Of a stretch of DNA of 64,000 nucleotides, positions 61,730 to 64,000 are shown one piece after another (the stretch's first letter is position 1; each line of letters opens with the position of its first letter). A program made the position numbers and the translations under genes. A model generated the notes under the pieces. It did not search any database and had not been told where the DNA came from. It worked only from the letters and a program-made list of their open reading frames with translations. Source of the DNA: Octopus sinensis (taxonomy: Eukaryota); NCBI RefSeq assembly GCF_006345805.1, contig NC_043005.1, positions 23,994,001 through 24,058,000 of the forward strand, given 5' to 3'.

Positions 61730-62600
61730 ATCCCAGCGCTTTGTGGGTTAAGAATATTCTAAGATTCCGTCAAGCTCCACTTTGCCTTTCATCCTTTCGA
61801 GATCGATAAAATAAGTACTAGTTGAGTGTTGGGGTCCATGTAATCGACATATTGCACTCTCCACCAAAATTGCTGGCATTGTGCCAAAATTTGAAATAAA
61901 TATTAAGCCAGTAAGCCGTGCAAAATGCTTAGCGTCATTTTGTCCGTATCTACTCCCTGAATTCAAAAGTCAACGAGGTTGACTTTATTTTTCATCTCTT
62001 TTCTTAGTCGAATAAGTAAGTATCTTCTTCCTCTTCAAATTCCAGGCTTTGTGCCTATAGTAGAAAGTATTATTATCACATTTGTTATTAAAGGAAGCGA
62101 GTGTGCATAGTTGTTAGTACGTCAGACAAAATGCTTTTCATCATTTCTTTCAGTGCTTTACCTTCTGAGTTCAAATCCCGCCATGATTAACTTTGGGGTC
62201 GATAAAATATCGTATTAGTTAAGAACTGGCTTCAATATAATCGACTTGTCATTCCACTCCAAAGCTACTGGCCTTGTACCAAAATTTGAAGTAATTATCA
62301 TTATTATTATTAAGGCGGCGAGCTGGCAGAATCTTTAAGCACGCCGGTAGAAATGTTTAGCGGCATTTTAGGGTCGATAAATTAAGCACCACTGAAACAC
62401 TAGGGGTCGATGTAATCGGCTAGTTTCTGCCCTCAAAATCTCGGACCGTATGCCTTTAGTAGAAAGGATTATTATTATTGTTAAGGCGGCGAGCTGCTAG
62501 AACTTCTTCAGTGTCGGACAAAATACAAAGCTATATTTCTTCAGGATCTTTTACATTCTAAATTTAAGTACTTGTGCCAAACTTTGAAACCATTATTTGT
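61730..62600 (+). mobile_element. Cluster of diverged tRNA-derived SINE copies (GGCGGCGAGCTGG family); further copies at about 2336-2480, 3885-4090, 16660-16880, 56630-57110 and 63840-64000
   Basis: Recurrent TTTCATCCTTTCGGGGTCGATAAAATAAGTAC core, GGCGGCGAGCTGG heads and (ATT)n tails. Confidence 0.7.
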
Positions 62601-64000
62601 AATAAAAACACCATCTCAATAGCCGCTACACCCGGGGAAATTCGAACGAACGGAGTAAATGCAACGATGCACCAATGCCATTATTACCTCACAACGTCGT
62701 CCTCACAATCGCTACCATTACAGGCATAAACAACATAAACACAAGCACATTCTCGCACACACACACGCACACACACATACACACACACACCACACACACG
62801 TACACCGAAATTTTGTGCATCACCCCAATACGAACAAAAAAGACAAAACAGAAAATGAATCACTTACTGCAAAGTCATGAACACTAACAGATTAATGAAT
62901 TACATCAGCATACAAACTCTCGAGACGACAACTTATATCACACTAATAGCATACCGACAGATAATAATCACCCAAGTAGTAGAAGTGTGTTACCTTTAGA
63001 TTGGGTTTTTGAACCATAATTTCTACTAAATATCTCCGGAGACCATTATTTAAATGGATTTAAGCTTAGAGTAAAAAGAGTTTTATTTTCTTTGTATTGC
63101 AATAATATGTAGAAAAGTACTGCCACTACGAACTGTCACCTGTCTTCAACGGCGAATATTAATGAGACTATCAACATCATGCCTATATATCGTAATTCAA
63201 GTCGCTTTAGTGCTGAGCTCCTATGTGAAATGTTTATGCATTAATAATTCTGAGATGTAAAGGAAACCGTAGGAACACATTCCTTCATTCTGAAGCAGCT
63301 ATGACATTACTTTTGTGACAGACAGCCATAAAAATTATATCAAACCAAATGACTTGACAGGATATCAAATCTCGATGTGGCATATCTAAAGCCTGTTGAT
63401 TCAGCAATGTTAACATCACACAATGGGAAGATTCAAGATTGACCGAGTGTGTAATATGATGTCATCTTTGCTGACCACACTTTTCTATTTCTGATGTGTT
63501 AAAAAAAAAAAAAAAAGATAAGGGAAAATAAACTTGGCTGATCCAATCATATCAAAGAAGGTGGGAGAAGAAAGAGAAAGCGATAAAGAAATACGATTAT
63601 GTATTTTTGCCGATTATTAGCCCCATCTTTGTGATTATGACAAAAATTCAATATTCACATCTAATCTGTCTCATCTCCGACCATTATTGTTCAGAAGGGG
63701 TACAGAATACCAAACCGAATTTGAATAAAACATTTGTTTCTAATCTAGAAGTAGCACGTGTGCCGATGGTGTAATATATAAGAACATTATTACACGTAGT
63801 TTAGAGTTATATTTTCTTAGCTCAAATCCAAACTAGAGCAATTTACGCTGCCTTTCATCCTTTCGGGGTCGATAAAATAAGCACCAGCTGAGTACTGAAA
63901 GTCTATGTAATCGAGTAACCCCTCCCCCGAACTTGCTGGCCGCGTGCAAAATTTTGAAATTATTATTACTAGTATTAAAAGGGTGGGGTGGGGGCGAGCT

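Noticed and set aside
1-64000. CRISPR arrays, operons, rRNA
   Set aside because: No regularly spaced repeat-spacer arrays, prokaryotic gene density or rRNA-like sequence; the recurrent GGGGTCGAT motifs are SINE cores.

Overview
AT-rich eukaryotic genomic DNA, dominated by transposon relics and microsatellites. The repeat complement suggests an octopus or other coleoid cephalopod (inference). There are no prokaryotic genes, CRISPR arrays or rRNA genes. Contents: (1) about eight pieces of R4/Dong-like RLE-type LINEs, one near full length (9845-13566), repeatedly bounded by (TAA)n-type microsatellites; (2) Tx1/L1-clade LINE relics; (3) compact ORF1(gag-knuckle)-only Tx1-related elements. Two of these sit in tandem at one 13-bp site in a tRNA-derived SINE head with the target repeated three times, and a third starts at the same nucleotide of another SINE copy; this is the most interesting signal; (4) Penelope-like fragments with fold-back structures and minimal hammerhead-ribozyme motifs; (5) hAT, Chapaev3, Tc1, mariner and maT relics and Helitron-like repeats; (6) many tRNA-derived SINEs; (7) a phase-consistent chain of small candidate + strand exons (15772-54795), including a 14-nt microexon, of an unidentified beta-rich protein with only a weak, memory-based resemblance to VPS13B-type RBG repeats. 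Most ORFs in the supplied track are microsatellite or TE artefacts. TE boundaries were set by eye and are approximate.
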